Positions 12,799 to 26,501 of a stretch of DNA of 64,000 bases are shown here, in pieces. The notes beneath the pieces were generated by a model. It was not told the DNA's origin. It saw only the letters and a program-made list of their open reading frames with translations, and did not search any database. Position 1 is the stretch's first letter, and every line of letters begins with the position of its first letter. Made by a program: the position numbers and the translations under genes. Origin of the DNA: Octopus bimaculoides (lineage: Eukaryota); contig NC_068987.1 of the NCBI RefSeq assembly GCF_001194135.2, positions 42,100,020 to 42,164,019 on the forward strand, given 5' to 3'.

Positions 12799-14945
12799 CC
12801 ACTACCGTAGTTGAATCAGGTGCGTGGGTATACTTCTTGAGGAAAAATGGGTGGATAAGGTAATAGAGGTAGTCAGAGTATGCGATAGAATACTTAAGAT
12901 TAGATTAGTCCTTCACCATGAGTTAGCAACCATTATCTCGGCCTATGCCCCTCAGCCGGGGCTACCCGATGGACAGAAAGACTGATTTTATGACACCCTC
13001 TTGCAGACTACTTTGCTGACGAATGACAGGGACCTTCTCTTTGTGGCTGGTGACTTCAATAGACATGTTGGACAACATTCAGGGGGCTTCCATGGAGGCT
13101 ATGGTTTTCATTCCCGCAATGAAGAGGGAGCCAGGCTGCTGGAGTTCTGTGATGCAAATGATCTTATGGTTTGCAATACTAACTTCAGGAAACCTGCCAG
13201 TCACCTACCGTTCTGGCAGACACACTAGCCAAATTGACTACATCCTCGCCAGGAAGCAGGAAAGATGGCTGCTTATAAATGCCAAAACCTTCCCAGGTGA
13301 AGAATGTACCCCACAACATAGATTAGTAGTTAGTGACTTCAGGATCAGGGCTAAATGGTTGCCCAGAAGATGACCAGCATGGAGGAGAAGGGTCTGGAAG
13401 CTTAAAGATCCTGCGAATGGACAGAAATTTAGACATATTCCTCTAAGCCTCTGACGAAATAGAGGGGGATATAGCTTCATACGATGTAGAAGACAACTGG
13501 AGGTTTCTGCAGGACAACCATCTGAGGGCCACTGACCAGATCTGTGGATGGTGCAAAGTCCCCTCCAGACCCAAAATAACGTGGTGCTGGAAAAATGTTG
13601 TTGACAGGGCTATTAAACAAAAGAAACAGGCTTGAAAAGACTGGAAGAATGGAGGTAACAGGCAATTGTATAAGATTGCCAGAAAGGAAGCTAGGCGACA
13701 GGTTTATCTAGCCAGAGGGGAAGCAAATAGGAAAAAATTTGCCAATGTTCTGCGCCATGAGGAACCAAAAATTTGAGGTATTTCGTGTTGCAAGACAGTG
13801 TGTGAGAGAGAATCGTGATGTCGTAGGAGAGAAATGTGTTCGCATGGATGAGAGTACACTTGCACTAAATGAGGCCGCAAAGAAAGAGGTTTGGAGACGC
13901 CACTATGAAAGGTTGCACAATAAAGAGAACGTATGGGAGAAAGAGAGTCTGCCGAATGTCGACCCAACAGAGGTACCAGCTATCCAAGTTGACAAACCAT
14001 GGTAGATAAAGCAATTAAGAGTATGAAGATAGAGAAACCCCCAGCCCATCAGGAATCCCAGCAGAGATGCTCAAAATATCTAGCAGTGTCGGCTATAGCC
14101 TAGTCACCCGTATTGTTAACCAGGTGATACATGAAGGAGTCATACCCAATGACTGGTATAGCAGCACCATAGTCAACTGCTGCAAAGGTAATGGTAACAC
14201 TTTAAATACAAATAATTACAGAGGTATCAAGTTGCTGGATCAGGTAATGAAAGTCATGGAGAGGGTCATAGCCAAACTAATTAGGGAGAGAGTCAGTTTA
14301 GATGAGATGCAGTTTTGGTTCATTCCAGGGAAAAGCACCACTGATGCTATATTTCTGGTAAGACAGCAGCAGGAGAAATACCTAGCCAAAGATAAACCTC
14401 TGTACCTGATTTTCGTCAACATGGAGAAAGCCTCTGACAGGGTCCCCCGAACCCTTATCTGGTGGTCAATGAGGAAACTAGGGATACAAGAATGGTTAGA
14501 GAGATGCTGTCAGTAAGGTGAGGGTTGGCAACGAGTACAGTGAAGAATTCCAGGTAGAGGTAAAGGTCCCCCAAGGTTCAGTCCTCAGCTCCCTCCTATT
14601 TATCATAGTACTCCAGGCAATAACACAGGAATTCAAGACAAGATGCCCCTGGGAGCTCCTCTATGCTGATGACGTTGCACTAATTGCTGAGTCACTATCA
14701 GAACTAGAGGAGAAGTTTTAGGTGTGGAAGCAAGGACTAGAATCAAAGGGCCTTAGAGTCAACCTAGCTAAAACCANNNNNNNNNNTGTGGAAGCAAGGA
14801 CTAGAATCAAAGGGCCTTAGAGTCAACCTAGCTAAAACCAAAGTCCTAATAAGTAGGAAAGTAGACAAAACACAAACCCATTCAGGTAGATGGCCCTGCT
14901 TGATCTGTAGAAAAGGCATAGGTAGAAACTCTATAAGATGTACTC
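12799..14945 (+). mobile_element. 5'-truncated RTE-clade LINE (EN-RT-PHD start), interrupted by a CR1-like LINE
   Basis: AGDFN and QIDYIL endonuclease motifs. NYRGIKLL, EKASDRVP, PQGSVLS, YADD and VNLAKTK RT motifs, with frameshifts. Confidence 0.93.
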
Positions 14946-16720
14946 CAGGTCTTACTCAAATTTGGTATGTGTCACCCTAATTGTATACATAAGACAACAT
15001 AATATAGTCATATGCAATATATATTGCCCACCGGATGCTCCAAACCACATAGGCAAATTTGAAGATTGCCTCACTAGAATTAAAGAAATCCTCATGAAAC
15101 TGGAACACCATGTGACCATATTTCTTATGGGTGATTTCAACTTCCCCAACGTCAAATGGCTCGAAGGTCTCATACTCTCAGGAATGACTTATCGCAAGCA
15201 AGCACAGGTGGAATGCCTGCCCAACCTCACCAATGCCCTATTCATGGAGCAAGCTGTTCTCAGATCAACTAGAGCGAATAACATTCTAGATCTCTGCTTC
15301 ATGAACAATATGGACATCATTCATGATGTGAAAGTGACGCCGACATTAGTCTCGGATCACAACATAATAGAGCTGTCTATGTTTGGGCCGAAAGAAACCA
15401 GAAACATACAGTCNNNNNNNNNNNNNNNNNNNNNNNNNNNNNNNNNNNNNNNNNNNNNNNNNNNNNNNNNNNNNNNNNNNNNNNNNNNNNNNNNNNNNNN
15501 NNNNNNNNNNNNNNNNNNNNNNNNNNNNNNNNNNNNNNNNNNNNNNNNNNNNNNNNNNNNNNNNNNNNNNNNNNNNNNNNNNNNNNNNNNNNNNNNNNNN
15601 NNNNNNNNNNNNNNNNNNNNNNNNNNNNNNNNNNNNNNNNNNNNNNNNNNNNNNNNNNNNNNNNNNNNNNNNNNNNNNNNNNNNNNNNNNNNNNNNNNNN
15701 NNNNNNNNNNNNNNNNNNNNNNNNNNNNNNNNNNNNNNNNNNNNNNNNNNNNNNNNNNNNNNNNNNNNNNNNNNNNNNNTCCCGCCTAAAAACGACACTG
15801 ATGGAGATAGAAAAAAGGCTGCAACAATCCTATGTGAGGGAGAGAGCAGACAAAGAAGCCTGGGTTATAAAAAACATTAAGTCAAATCCAAAGGCCTTCT
15901 TTCATTACGCGAAAGAAACAGCCTCAGTACGCTGCAAGATCGGACCCCTCTTCGAAAAGGATGGCTCCCTCACAGACAGTCCAACTAACATCAGTGAGGT
16001 ACTGAATGAGCAATTCAAAAGTGTCTTCACCACTCCGTTGGAGCACAGACAAGTGAACGAACCAGTGGATTTCTTTGCTACCTCCCCTATAACCAGAGAG
16101 ACAGTTACGATGGAATACATCAACACAAACTCAACTGCTGGTCCTGATGGTTTCCCAGCAACCCTCCTTAAATCGTGTAAGCATGCCCTGGCAAAACCCC
16201 TCCAGATCCTCTTCCAGAGCTTTCTCGCAAACGGCAGACTGCCAAGCAAGCTGAAGGAGGGAATAATATGCCCAATCCATAAAGGGGGAAGCAGAGCAGA
16301 TGCCAAAAACTATAGGCCTACCTTTCTGACTTCACACATCAGCAAAGTCATGGAAAGGATAGTCAGAGGAAAGCTAATCGCATTCCTTGAAGAAAATCCT
16401 CAGTTTTGCTAAGTGATACCCAACATGGCTTTTGACCTAGGTAGGAGCTGCCTGACCCAGCTCTTAAAACAATATGACTGGGTGTTGAGGCAGTTACTCA
16501 ACAACTCAAATGTGGACATAATATACTTTGATTTTGCAAAAGCTTTTGACAAAGTGGATCATGGTGTGATATGTCACAAACTGAGTGATCTTGGCATAGC
16601 TGGAAAACTTGAAGAGTGGTTACATGACTTTCTGAAAGATAGAAGTCAGGCAGTAGTGGCTAATGGAGCCACCTCTATGAAAACACAAATAATGAGCGGT
16701 GTTCAACAGGGGTCTGATCT
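14946..16720 (+). mobile_element. CR1/L2-group LINE ORF2 fragment (EN + RT), spanning gap 15414-15779
   Basis: MGDFNFPNVKW and SDHNII endonuclease motifs. GPDGFP, NYRPT, DFAKAFDKVDH and SGVQQG RT motifs. Confidence 0.9.
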
Positions 16721-16995
16721 TGCAGCGTACTGAGGCTGTTTCTTTCACGTAATGAAAGAAGGCCTTTGGGTTTGACTTAATGTTTTTTATAACCCAGGCT
16801 TCTTTGTCTGCTCTCTCCCTCACATAGGATTGCTGCAGCCTTTTTTCTATCTCCATCAGTGTCATTTTTAGGCGGGACCTTTCGCTACTTTTGGGGTGCT
16901 GGTTCAGTCAATTTGCAACTTTCGTCTGTTGTCTCATGAGGATCTTCCTCTCCTTTGCAATCTTGTTCCTATTTGTTTTGGCCTTGTGCTCTGGG
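16721..16995 (-). mobile_element. Inverted second segment of the same CR1-like family
   Basis: Reverse complement of 15780-15950 with 5 substitutions in about 168 bp (counted by eye). Continues to about 16995. Confidence 0.88.
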
Positions 16996-16999
16996 ACAT

Positions 17000-17420
17000 A
17001 TTTCTGGCATATGGCTTGCACAGTAACATCTCATGGACGATGTTACTGCTCAAGAGGATGTTTTTCTTGTTGCAGTCATTGATCCACAATTCCATGGCAG
17101 ATTCCATCCTGACGACGTGCTTATTTCTCACTTTGTTATCTTTTTGGCACTTTCACAGAAACTTACTGCTACCGTATTCTGATCGCCACCTTATTTTTTA
17201 TGTAGTGCATGATGCTTTCTTTGACAACATAATAGCAACCTACTGCAACATAACTTTTACCTTCCTGGAACATATCCTAGAGTTGTGCCTTCACATGGAG
17301 CGTCATAACCTTTTTCTGGCACTTAGGTTCACTGCCAGAAGCCTTAGAAGGTGCAGGGCATTTGGGCAGCATCTTAGGGCTTTAATAACAGACTATGACA
17401 AACACAGCACTCAACAAAAT
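17000..17420 (-). mobile_element. Tigger/pogo transposase N-terminal (CENP-B HTH) fragment
   Basis: MLPKCPAPSKASGSEPKCQKKVMTL...GKSYVAVG...RNKHVVRMESAMELWINDCNKKNI. Confidence 0.85.
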
Positions 17421-18129
17421 ACTGGAGACAGCTACTTAACACAATTTTTCCAAAAAAAGCTCAAAAAAAAAATCATTGTATTTAATACCACGAATGGGAG
17501 ATTGTGCAGAGATTAAAAATAATCGTGGTTTTGAAAAATTTAGTTTGTATTACCACTAGATACAGTCATCTATACTATAATAAGAGAGAGAGAGGGGGGG
17601 ACCAGCAAGTAACCTAATTTGAATGAGGCTATACTGGCTCATGACCTTAAAAATTATGTTGTTGAAATAAACATTGTGCATGATCAAATGTAGTGACAAT
17701 TTTAAAAAAGGGCTAGTAGTCGCTATACAAATCAGCAAGCTTTGAATGAAAGCAGGAATAAGAGAAATAAGATACAGTGTAGTTGTGTCTAAAAAAATCA
17801 AGCGACGTAATGCGTAGTTTTTCTAATCAGAGAGACCTTCAGCTGCAATGGGGCAGCCAGTAAACTGGCAAATACAGTATATTGTTATTTATAATTTAAC
17901 CATCATAAGTGTGCAAAAGTATATATTGCCATAAAAAATCGTGGACAATATTTATGTTTACGCAAATATGTGGTGCTTTTCGTGAGTAATTATTAGTTCC
18001 ATGAATAACCAGGACTACGATTGCCAAACCGTGAATAAGCAGGAGTATATTGTATATATATGCGTGTGTTATATACATCTGATGCCTCTTATGCCGAACT
18101 TTTCTCTTAAGACACTTACACTGTCATAC

Positions 18130-18900
18130 ATGCACACTCAGTGAAGTATACTAGCTTCATTTCTTTCAAGCCCATGCATGTCCTTGGCAGTCATAGCCCA
18201 TGTTTTCACAGCAGAGTAGCTTGGCTGTTCTCACACAGGTATCATACAATGTGCCTTTCACTCTGAAGGAGAGGCCCTTTGTTTCCAACAGAGGCAGAAG
18301 CTCTCTTAACTTTGCCCAGCCTCTTATTCTAGCAGCTACACTCTCAGAGTATCCCCCTCTACTACTGACTTGCTCACCTAGATAACAGAAGCTATCAACT
18401 ACTTCCAGCTTTCCTCCCTGGCATTTGATGGATTTCATTTTCTGTATGTTTTTAGTGTTAATTGTACCTGTGCACTTTTCACACACAAAAAAAATAGTTT
18501 CCCTGTTAACCTTCCTGATATTGTTGCACCACTTACGTGTCATTAGCTTACACCGGGTACAGCTTATGGAGCTTCAACCTATGCCTTTCTGCAGATCAAG
18601 CAGGGTCATCCACCTGAAGCTATTTGTGATTTGTCACCTTTCCTACTTACTAATACTTTGGTTTTTGTTAAATTAACTCTGATTCTAGACCTTGCTTCCA
18701 CATCCAAAATTTTCTCTCTAGTTTCAGTAGTGATTCAGCTATAGGAACAAGGTCATCAGTATAGAGGGGTTCCCAGGTGCAGCACATCTTAAATTCCTCT
18801 GTTACTGCCTGGTGAACAAAAGGGGGCTGAGGACTGAGCCTCAGTGGACACCTACTTGTACCCTGAATTCATCGTCATATTCATTGCTAATCTTCACCTG
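18130..18900 (-). mobile_element. RTE LINE fragment (RT end, PHD, C-terminus)
   Basis: LEVVDSFCYLG and GWAKLRELLPLL...KGTLYDTCVR. Homologous to the 14520-14945 region. Confidence 0.9.
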
Positions 18901-18989
18901 ACACACACACACACACACACACACATATAAATATATACATATACATATTCTTTTATGTTTCAGTCCGAAGGTTGTGGCCATGCAAGAGC

Positions 18990-20140
18990 ACTGCCAATGT
19001 AAATCACCTTTTCAATAGCCTAACTTACGCGATTGGCTTTTGCAGGGAGTTTGACATAGCTGCTCTCTTTTGAGTTTCTTGCTGTGATATAGGGTCATCT
19101 GGGACCTTGAACAACAGGCGATCCAAGTTGTTTCTTGAAAATATCTACCACTACTCCATGAAAAGCCATCAGATGTTTTAATAAGGCATAAAATAGCTGT
19201 GGGCCCTTGAATCCTCAGCTACAGCAGTATATGGTCCCCACTATAGACTTGATAGCTGAGACCTTTGGAACAGTGCAGTGACATCATGTTTGGGATTAGA
19301 TTAGCTCTTGGTACCAAAGTTTGGTGCGAACTCATCCAGGATCATCCATGTGTATATCACTGCACACCTCTCCCATCTTCACTCCAAGGAGTAGAGTCAT
19401 AGCCCTTTCAGTGACTCCCAGTAGCTCAGTTGTTCCATCGATGCAATCTTCCTGGTATAGCACTGCTAAATTGCCTCAACTTCCACTATTTATTTGACAC
19501 TGGTGAGTGACCACTGTTGAAAGCAGTAGTCCAGACGGCTGAGGACAAATGTCCTTCATAAAACCAGCCTAGTTTCCTGGCCCCTTGTTTTGAAGGTTCT
19601 CAGAATCCAGCCAGCCATTTGCTTGTACATTGCCACCATTTTAGTGATATGAATGTGAAACAAGGCATCATTGTTCATATCACTGTATGTGATTCTGGGA
19701 CTGCCAGTCCTTTTGGTCCACAGTATCATTGTTGTGGCTTCTGAGCATCAATTAGCTGGTAGTGGAAGGCTTAGAATTTACCTGCATTAAATTGCATACT
19801 GTTTTCCTCATCCTACTTATATATGGCATCTAGGTCTTTCTGTAGAAAATTAGCAGTAGAAGGCTCCTTGACTGCTTGTGCTACTTTTGTGTTGTCAGCA
19901 TAGCTAGTAAATGTGGCTGTCTGTGTAATTGATGGCATGTCTGAAAGAGCCACCATAAACAGCGGTGTTCCTAAGACAGTTCCCTGAGGCACTCCACTCT
20001 CCATTACTGTCTCCATTGGCTACCACTGCCTGGCTTGTTTTTTAAGAAGTCATGTAACCACTCTCCCAGTTTTCCAACTATGCTGAATCAACCTAATCAA
20101 AGGACTTTGCAAAATCAAGATATATCACATCTACGTTTGA
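18990..20140 (-). mobile_element. CR1-like LINE RT fragment (second subfamily)
   Basis: SGVPQGTVLG.PLF...YADNTKV...LQKDLD in ORF 19813-20016. Ends approximate. Confidence 0.82.
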
Positions 20141-20189
20141 GCAATTCATTGGTTGCTTCAACACCTAGTCATAATGCTGCATTTATATA

Positions 20190-21315
20190 TTGGGTTGTCC
20201 AGAAAGTTTATACCTATTTTTAGTTGTTCATGTTCCAACACATTAGAAAACATCAAATTTATTGACACATAATATGCCTACATTTCCACTTAGCACACAC
20301 TTCAAACTATCTCGAGAAAGAAAGTTTAAAATTACTTACTTTGTGTCAATTTTGCATCCCTATGTATGGAAGTGGCTCGCTAAATTTACAGTTAGTGATT
20401 GTAGCCTTATTGATGAAGAACACTCAGGCAGACCCCACCACCACTTCAAAAGACGAACAGATCAAGACACTGATTGAGAATAACCCACACTACACAACAT
20501 GGGAATTGGCAGAAACACTAAATTTATCTAAATCACCATCCTTGGACACTTAGTGAAGCTTGAGTACACATAATTTGAGTGAAAAGAATCTTTTGGATTG
20601 CATTTCTAGCTGTGATTTGCTGTATAAACACAAAGAAAATGCACCCTTTTTGAAGCAAATTGTGATGAGTGTTGAGAAATGGATGGTTTACAACAATGTT
20701 CAGCGAAAAAGATCCTGGGGTAAGCGACATGAACCACCTTTAGCCACCTCAAAAGCAGGTCTTCGTCCTAAGAAAGTCATGCTCTGCATCTGGTGGGATT
20801 GGAAAGAAATCCTGTACTATGAACTTCTGCCAAGTAACCAGTCAATTAATTCTTAGATGTACTGCTTGCAACTGAACAATCTAAAGGCAGCAATTCAAGA
20901 AAAACGCCCAGAATTGGTGAACAGGAAAGGTGTTGTTTTCCATCAGGATAATGCCAGTCCTCAGGTTTCTTTGGCAACCTGTCAAAAACTGTTGCAGCTT
21001 GGCTGGGATGTGTTACTCCACCCACCATATTCACCAGATATTGCTCCTTCAGATTTTCATTTATTCAGGTCCTTGCAAAATAATCTCAATAGTAAAAATT
21101 TTAATTCTTTGGAGGACATAAAAACCACCTAAATGAGTTCTTTGCCAAGAAATCACTGAAATTCTTGGAGGATGGAATCTTTAAGTTGAGGAAACATAGA
21201 GAAAGGTTGTGCAACAAAATGGTTCATATTTAGTGGAATAAATATTTAATGGCATAATTTTGTTTTATCTTTTAATTCCCCTTAAAAATCAACATAAACT
21301 TTCAGGACAACCCAG
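20190..21315 (+). mobile_element. Decayed mariner (DD34D) transposon with both TIRs and TA TSD
   Basis: TIRs TTGGGTTGTCCAGAAAG / CTTTCAGGACAACCCAG. VFHQDNA...HPPYSPDIAPSDFHLF with 34-residue spacing. KVMLCIWWDWK motif. Confidence 0.93.
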
Positions 21316-21870
21316 TATATTCTATCTCTACATTATATTGATCTCTATATATATATATTTTCTAGATCTACTTGATATTGATTTATCTCTCTAGCCTCTT
21401 AACATCCATCAATCTTTCTGCCTATTTTCTTGCCTTACCCTCATTTTTACACTTCTTCATTTATATACTTACGAACATATATATTTTTGTGGCAAATAGA
21501 CAAAGACTTAGAGAAGTAAGATTATAACACTTATTCAACAACACAATCCAACAATCTGTTGGTTAAATAAATTATTTTATGTACACTAATACTGTGCGCT
21601 TTATGATTAGAGGATGCTATGCTTAGCCCTTTTGATAGCATCCCTAGTTCTATGAGATAAACTTTTTGTTTTAAAGTAATCTACCTTTTACTAAAATTTC
21701 ATGTTTATTTATGTTCCAAACACCAGATTGATAATGATAATTATTTTACGAATTCCTTTATTATTTTAAAAATTAATTGAAACAAAGGTAGTTTAATTCA
21801 ACAAAAATATAGAAATGAGAGATTCTAAAAATTTGGTAAAGTTTTAGAAAATGGTATTTTGACAACTTAC

Positions 21871-21936
21871 GTTTTGATTTTGAGAGAAGATCATTGGCAT
21901 TACGAAGTTCATTTTCAAGATTTTTGGTCTTTTTAT
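21871..21936 (-). CDS. TPR: TPR exon 12 (66 nt): (D)KKTKNLENELRNANDLLSKSK
   Basis: tttgcag acceptor and GTAAGT donor. ELRNANDLLS matches TPR ELENANDLLS. Phase 1-1. Confidence 0.95.
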
Positions 21937-22156
21937 CTGCAAAACAACAGATTAAAGGATACTGAAGTTAAAATGAGAAAAAATAATTAGTCATAAGGTA
22001 CAAAGAAATAATTTAAAATTCAAAATACGGCAGTTAATTTTGTTAGTTCAACATCTTTAGTAATATTTCTGGACTACTGACGACAACTAGGGCAGGTCAC
22101 AGGTAAATACATGTAAAAGGAAATAAAAGGAAAATGGAAGCTGATCAGAACTTTAC

Positions 22157-22225
22157 CTTTTTCTTCCAGTTGCTGTAAAAACTTGCTTTTTTCCATATCC
22201 TTCATTGCTTCTAGTTTGCTTCGGC
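22157..22225 (-). CDS. TPR: TPR exon 11 (69 nt): (G)RSKLEAMKDMEKSKFLQQLEEK
   Basis: ttctttag acceptor and GTAAAG donor. Phase 1-1, open frame, coiled-coil. Confidence 0.85.
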
Positions 22226-22521
22226 CTAAAGAAAAAAATATTTTGTTTTATTTGCAATAAAATATTCCACAAAACTTTAAGTCAAATAATTATCTACCAA
22301 AATAAAACCGAAAATAAATTTTGAAACTACAATTACTTTAATATAAGGGCACAACATGAAGTATCAATTATGCTTATATGATAGTAATTTACATACCATT
22401 GTGAAGCTCATCCACCCTAGCCTAACAATTACAAAACTGTTTAAGCATACACACAAACACAGAATGTAAGTTATTTTAAAACCATTTTTGATACGTAGAG
22501 TAATATTAAAGTTCTCTTTAC

Positions 22522-22609
22522 CTTCTGATGCTTCTCTTAAAAGATTCTGCAATTCAGATACAGCACGCGACAGTTCCTTAATCTTATTCTCAGAGTCTTC
22601 AGATAAACC
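22522..22609 (-). CDS. TPR: TPR exon 10 (88 nt): GLSEDSENKIKELSRAVSELQNLLREASE
   Basis: AG/GTAAAG sites. ELSRAVSEL matches TPR ELTRAVEEL. Phase 0-1. Confidence 0.95.
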
Positions 22610-23509
22610 CTATTTAAATAATAAAGAAAAAGAAAACAAATGGAAATGGAAATTACCACATGACACATCAATTCCCTAACATCTCATTCAGGAAATTCTG
22701 ATCAGCCTACTTAGAGGCATTAAGTATGGAAATTAACCAATGAAATCATTGGATTAACTTTCAGAATAGTGATCCAGTATTTTACATGTTACATTTTCAC
22801 ATGGCGTTGTTCAGCATTAGGTCAATTTTTAGCAGGTCATGGAACCCTGTACAGCTGCCATTCCAGGCTGCTGATGGCATGGTTGTTTAGACACTTGTCA
22901 GATTTGTCAAAGACACTCTAGCTGTGACTATTCTATTTAGGAATACATTATTCAATGTATCCATCTGTTTACTTTAAGTTAGGAGCAGGTTAGAACTGAG
23001 GGAGATTTGGTTGCTATTTCTATGAAGTTGTACAACTCTAAATAATCTCCCTTATTGACTTGGTCTTTATTTGGAAGTTGCAGATGATATAACAGAAATA
23101 TCATGGGTAAACATTGCCTCTGTAAATGATCATAACTTTCTAGTATTTATATCATCAATCATGAGGATACAGGTATTAGGTCTAAGGCTCAAACCCCACT
23201 ACTACACAGTACTGTGGGCAAACACTTTCACCACAGCCTCAGATTGACCCAAGTCTTGCAAGTAAATAGGGATAGATGAAAACTATGTAGAAGCCTGTCA
23301 GATGGATTGTACCTGTAATTCAAAAGTCCAGCCTTATCATACATATCCTACCCAAGAATTATGTTGAGTACATGAAATACTCAACCCGCCAGTTCTGCAG
23401 ACAGATTGTCTAGCCAATTAACAACTGGACACATTCCTATACTGAATTCAGTATAAGAGTCCACTATCATCATCATCTCATCAATCCCAGTAAAATGAAA
23501 AGTAAAGCC

Positions 23510-23737
23510 AATTCATCATCATCATTTAATGTCCATCTTCCATGCTGGCATGGGTGGGACGGTTTGACAGGAGCCAGTCAGGCAGAAGCCTGCACCAGAC
23601 TTCTGTGTCTGTTTTGGCCGGGTTTTTACAACTAGATGCCCTTCCGTGGAACAAGCACAGGTGAGGTTAGTTTTGGCAAGGTTTTTACAGCTGGATGCCC
23701 TTCCAAATGCCAATCACTTTACAGTGTGGACTGGATG

Positions 23738-23782
<45 letters not shown>
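23510..23782 (-). mobile_element. RTE-family 3'-end fragment ((GAT)n tail) abutting a 44-nt T run (23739-23782)
   Basis: ATCATCATC...CCATGCTGGCATGGG core is identical in type to the 3' end of the RTE at 48235. Confidence 0.75.
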
Positions 23783-23783
<1 letters not shown>

Positions 23784-24839
23784 TAGTTGGGTTTGACATG
23801 CAAACCCATGAACTGAATCAGATGTCAAAGCAATAATGAGGGTGACTGTCATGTTCTCTCTGAATACCATGAGTGAGAGTGCGTGTGCGCGCACACATAC
23901 ACAGTACTGACTCAACCCATTGGTTTCAACGATAAGTATTCAAATTGTTTGATCAACTGAACCACCTAGTCATTGATTTATAGTGTAAATGGCTAAGTAT
24001 TCCATAGACTTATATAGCCTTAATAGTAAAATTAATGGGACAGGGTACAGTTCATCCAATGGGCATCCAAAGTAAGAGTTAATACAAGGCCCATGATGCC
24101 ATAATGTGGAACTGAAGTCAGGGCTTCATGATTGCAAAGAAAAATTCTGAACCACTGAGTCATGTCTGTGCATATATTGTAAAGAGGAAAATATAAAATT
24201 TTGGAGAAATAAACAAGATAAAAAAGAAACCTGAGCATCTAATACAAAGATTTATGAAGTGCTTAGTCAGCATGGCGCAAGAAGTAGATAAATTCTGCCA
24301 CTTGGGTAACATGATTTGTGTTGAGGTAGAGTTAATAACTCTGTTGGTTTGGATTCAACATGTTTTGATGAAGTTCAGAGATTGATAACATTGAAAAGAA
24401 GATTGTATAAGAAGTGCAATAATATACACAGTGAAATACAGAGGTATACTGAGTGCAGAGAAATGAGTACAATGAGTACAAGAATATGATTAAGATGGAG
24501 ACATTCATGAGAAATTGCTGTATTGGTATAGACTCATAATCCAAATGCACAAGCAAAATTCAGGATTTGATAGGGATAAGATGTTTATGTTCAAGTAGGC
24601 CTAGAAAGAAGTCATCATATGAAATTTGGGAATGTCAGCTCTCATGTATGATTCAAACAGAGACATGCCACATTCTCTCTCTTTTTTGTATGCAAGTCAT
24701 GATAGAATAATACATGCACTGATGTGCATATGCAACATAAAGAATGTTGAAAATTCATCTAGTTTATACTTGTACACAAATGGTATCAAAATACTATTTC
24801 TGGAAAAAATAAAACAAAGGAAAATGTAAAATTTCTCAC

Positions 24840-24920
24840 CTTGTACAGATTTACTAACTTTGTTTGTGATTGTAATTCTTGCTGAAACTGGAATTCTGCT
24901 TTGATTTGATCATCACGGGC
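24840..24920 (-). CDS. TPR: TPR exon 9 (81 nt): ARDDQIKAEFQFQQELQSQTKLVNLYK
   Basis: AG/GTGAGA sites. KLVNLYK matches the TPR motif KLSNLYK. Confidence 0.95.
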
Positions 24921-25750
24921 CTTCAAACAGAAAACAACATTTAAACAAAAACAAAATAGTCTAAGCAAAACTAACTTAATACAAATTTTCTCACTAGTTT
25001 TTCAAACCTTCTACAGACCATATGTACCTTCGGCAGACACTCAAGTAACTGAGATATCTGCTTCAACCTCCCAAAGACAGACATATAATTGGCAAATGTA
25101 GTTCCTACCACATACAAATAACTAACATGTTACATGAGCAATAATTCCAAAATTAATAGTTTTCATGAGGAACACTGGAAAACTATTCAAACAATGGAGA
25201 TATAACTATGAGAAGCTATTCAAATAAAATGCATAGAGATATTACCATGGGAAGCTTGATATTAATAAAATTGCTTTTTGAAGTTATCTGTTCAGATTTT
25301 GTATAGAAATTAGAGCCAGTTCTTAACATTACAATGCTTCTTGTAAGATGGAATTTTTGAGGCAGGCTTTTTATAGCTGCATACCCTTCTAGTTGCTAAC
25401 CCTCATCTGTTAATATTTCCTCATAGCCAGAAATGTTCCCATGGAAGACAGGAAACTAAAAACTGTTTATATTATGGTGACATTTGCTTATAACTATCCA
25501 GTCATGTCAAGACAAGGCGATACAAACATGCATACATATATGACAGGCTTCTTTCAGTTTCTGTCAACCAAATCCATTCGCAAGGTTTTGTTTGGCCTAA
25601 GACTATAATAATATGCTTGTTGCAGGTGCCACACAGTGGGACCGAACTTACAATCACACAGCCAAACCTACACTTAATAAAGATATTTCTATTCATGCAA
25701 TATAAAATAAACAATAGGAAGATATTCAAACATTATGGAATAAAACTTAC

Positions 25751-25843
25751 ATCTTTGAGTTTTTCATTAAACTCTTCAATCTTTTTTCTCTGTTCATTGT
25801 TTACACTCTTCAATGATTCAATATTTTCTTTCAATAACATTGC
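25751..25843 (-). CDS. TPR: TPR exon 8 (93 nt): AMLLKENIESLKSVNNEQRKKIEEFNEKLKD
   Basis: AG/GTAAGT sites. Aligns to TPR VSRLEEQMNGLKTSN...KLKE. Phase 0-0. Confidence 0.9.
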
Positions 25844-26501
25844 CTTTCACAAGAAATAAGAAAATAATTTTTTAGACACATATGTTTGCAACAGATAAAT
25901 GCTTTCAACTATCAAATACATAAATATTTCCATTTTTGATTATAAATTATTAACAGAAATTAAGAAAGGATTTTATATGCACACATTCTGTATAGCTATC
26001 TCTATTCACACATATCTATCTACACACACGCACACGTGTGTGTGTGTGTGTACAGGTTTATATAATTTTCGCCTTTTGTCATCTCCTCTGTGGAGCTTAG
26101 CATCCTGAGGCCAGTCTTCACAAATCTCCCTTTGTCTCCCTCTTCTACAGGTTCCATCCACTTTGAAAACCCCAAATTTCTTTATTTGATTATCATTCTC
26201 CATACTCATCACATACCAATTCCATCTCTTTTCATCACTACATGTAAATTCTCTTCAACCCAGTTTTTTCTTTCATTTATACTCCATTATTCGTATATAC
26301 TGACATTACACATCCAACAGAGCCTGCTCACTTTATTTTCTTTTACGGCCTTCACAAATCCTTGATATTCAAACCTTGCATCATACTACAGTTGGTACTG
26401 AAGAACTACACAATATGTCCTTTACTCTCACAAAAAAAAAACCTTTTATTAATTTCAATAATTCAAAAAACATATAGTGGCACTCAAATAGTAATATCTA
26501 C

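Noticed and set aside
14723-14840. Exact 54-bp direct repeat (14723-14776 = 14787-14840)
   Set aside because: It flanks a 10-N gap and is 100% identical, so it is an unmerged contig overlap.
17560-18060. Helitron-like element (TCTATACTATAATAAG start)
   Set aside because: The 3' hairpin and CTAG end are too degenerate to support the call.
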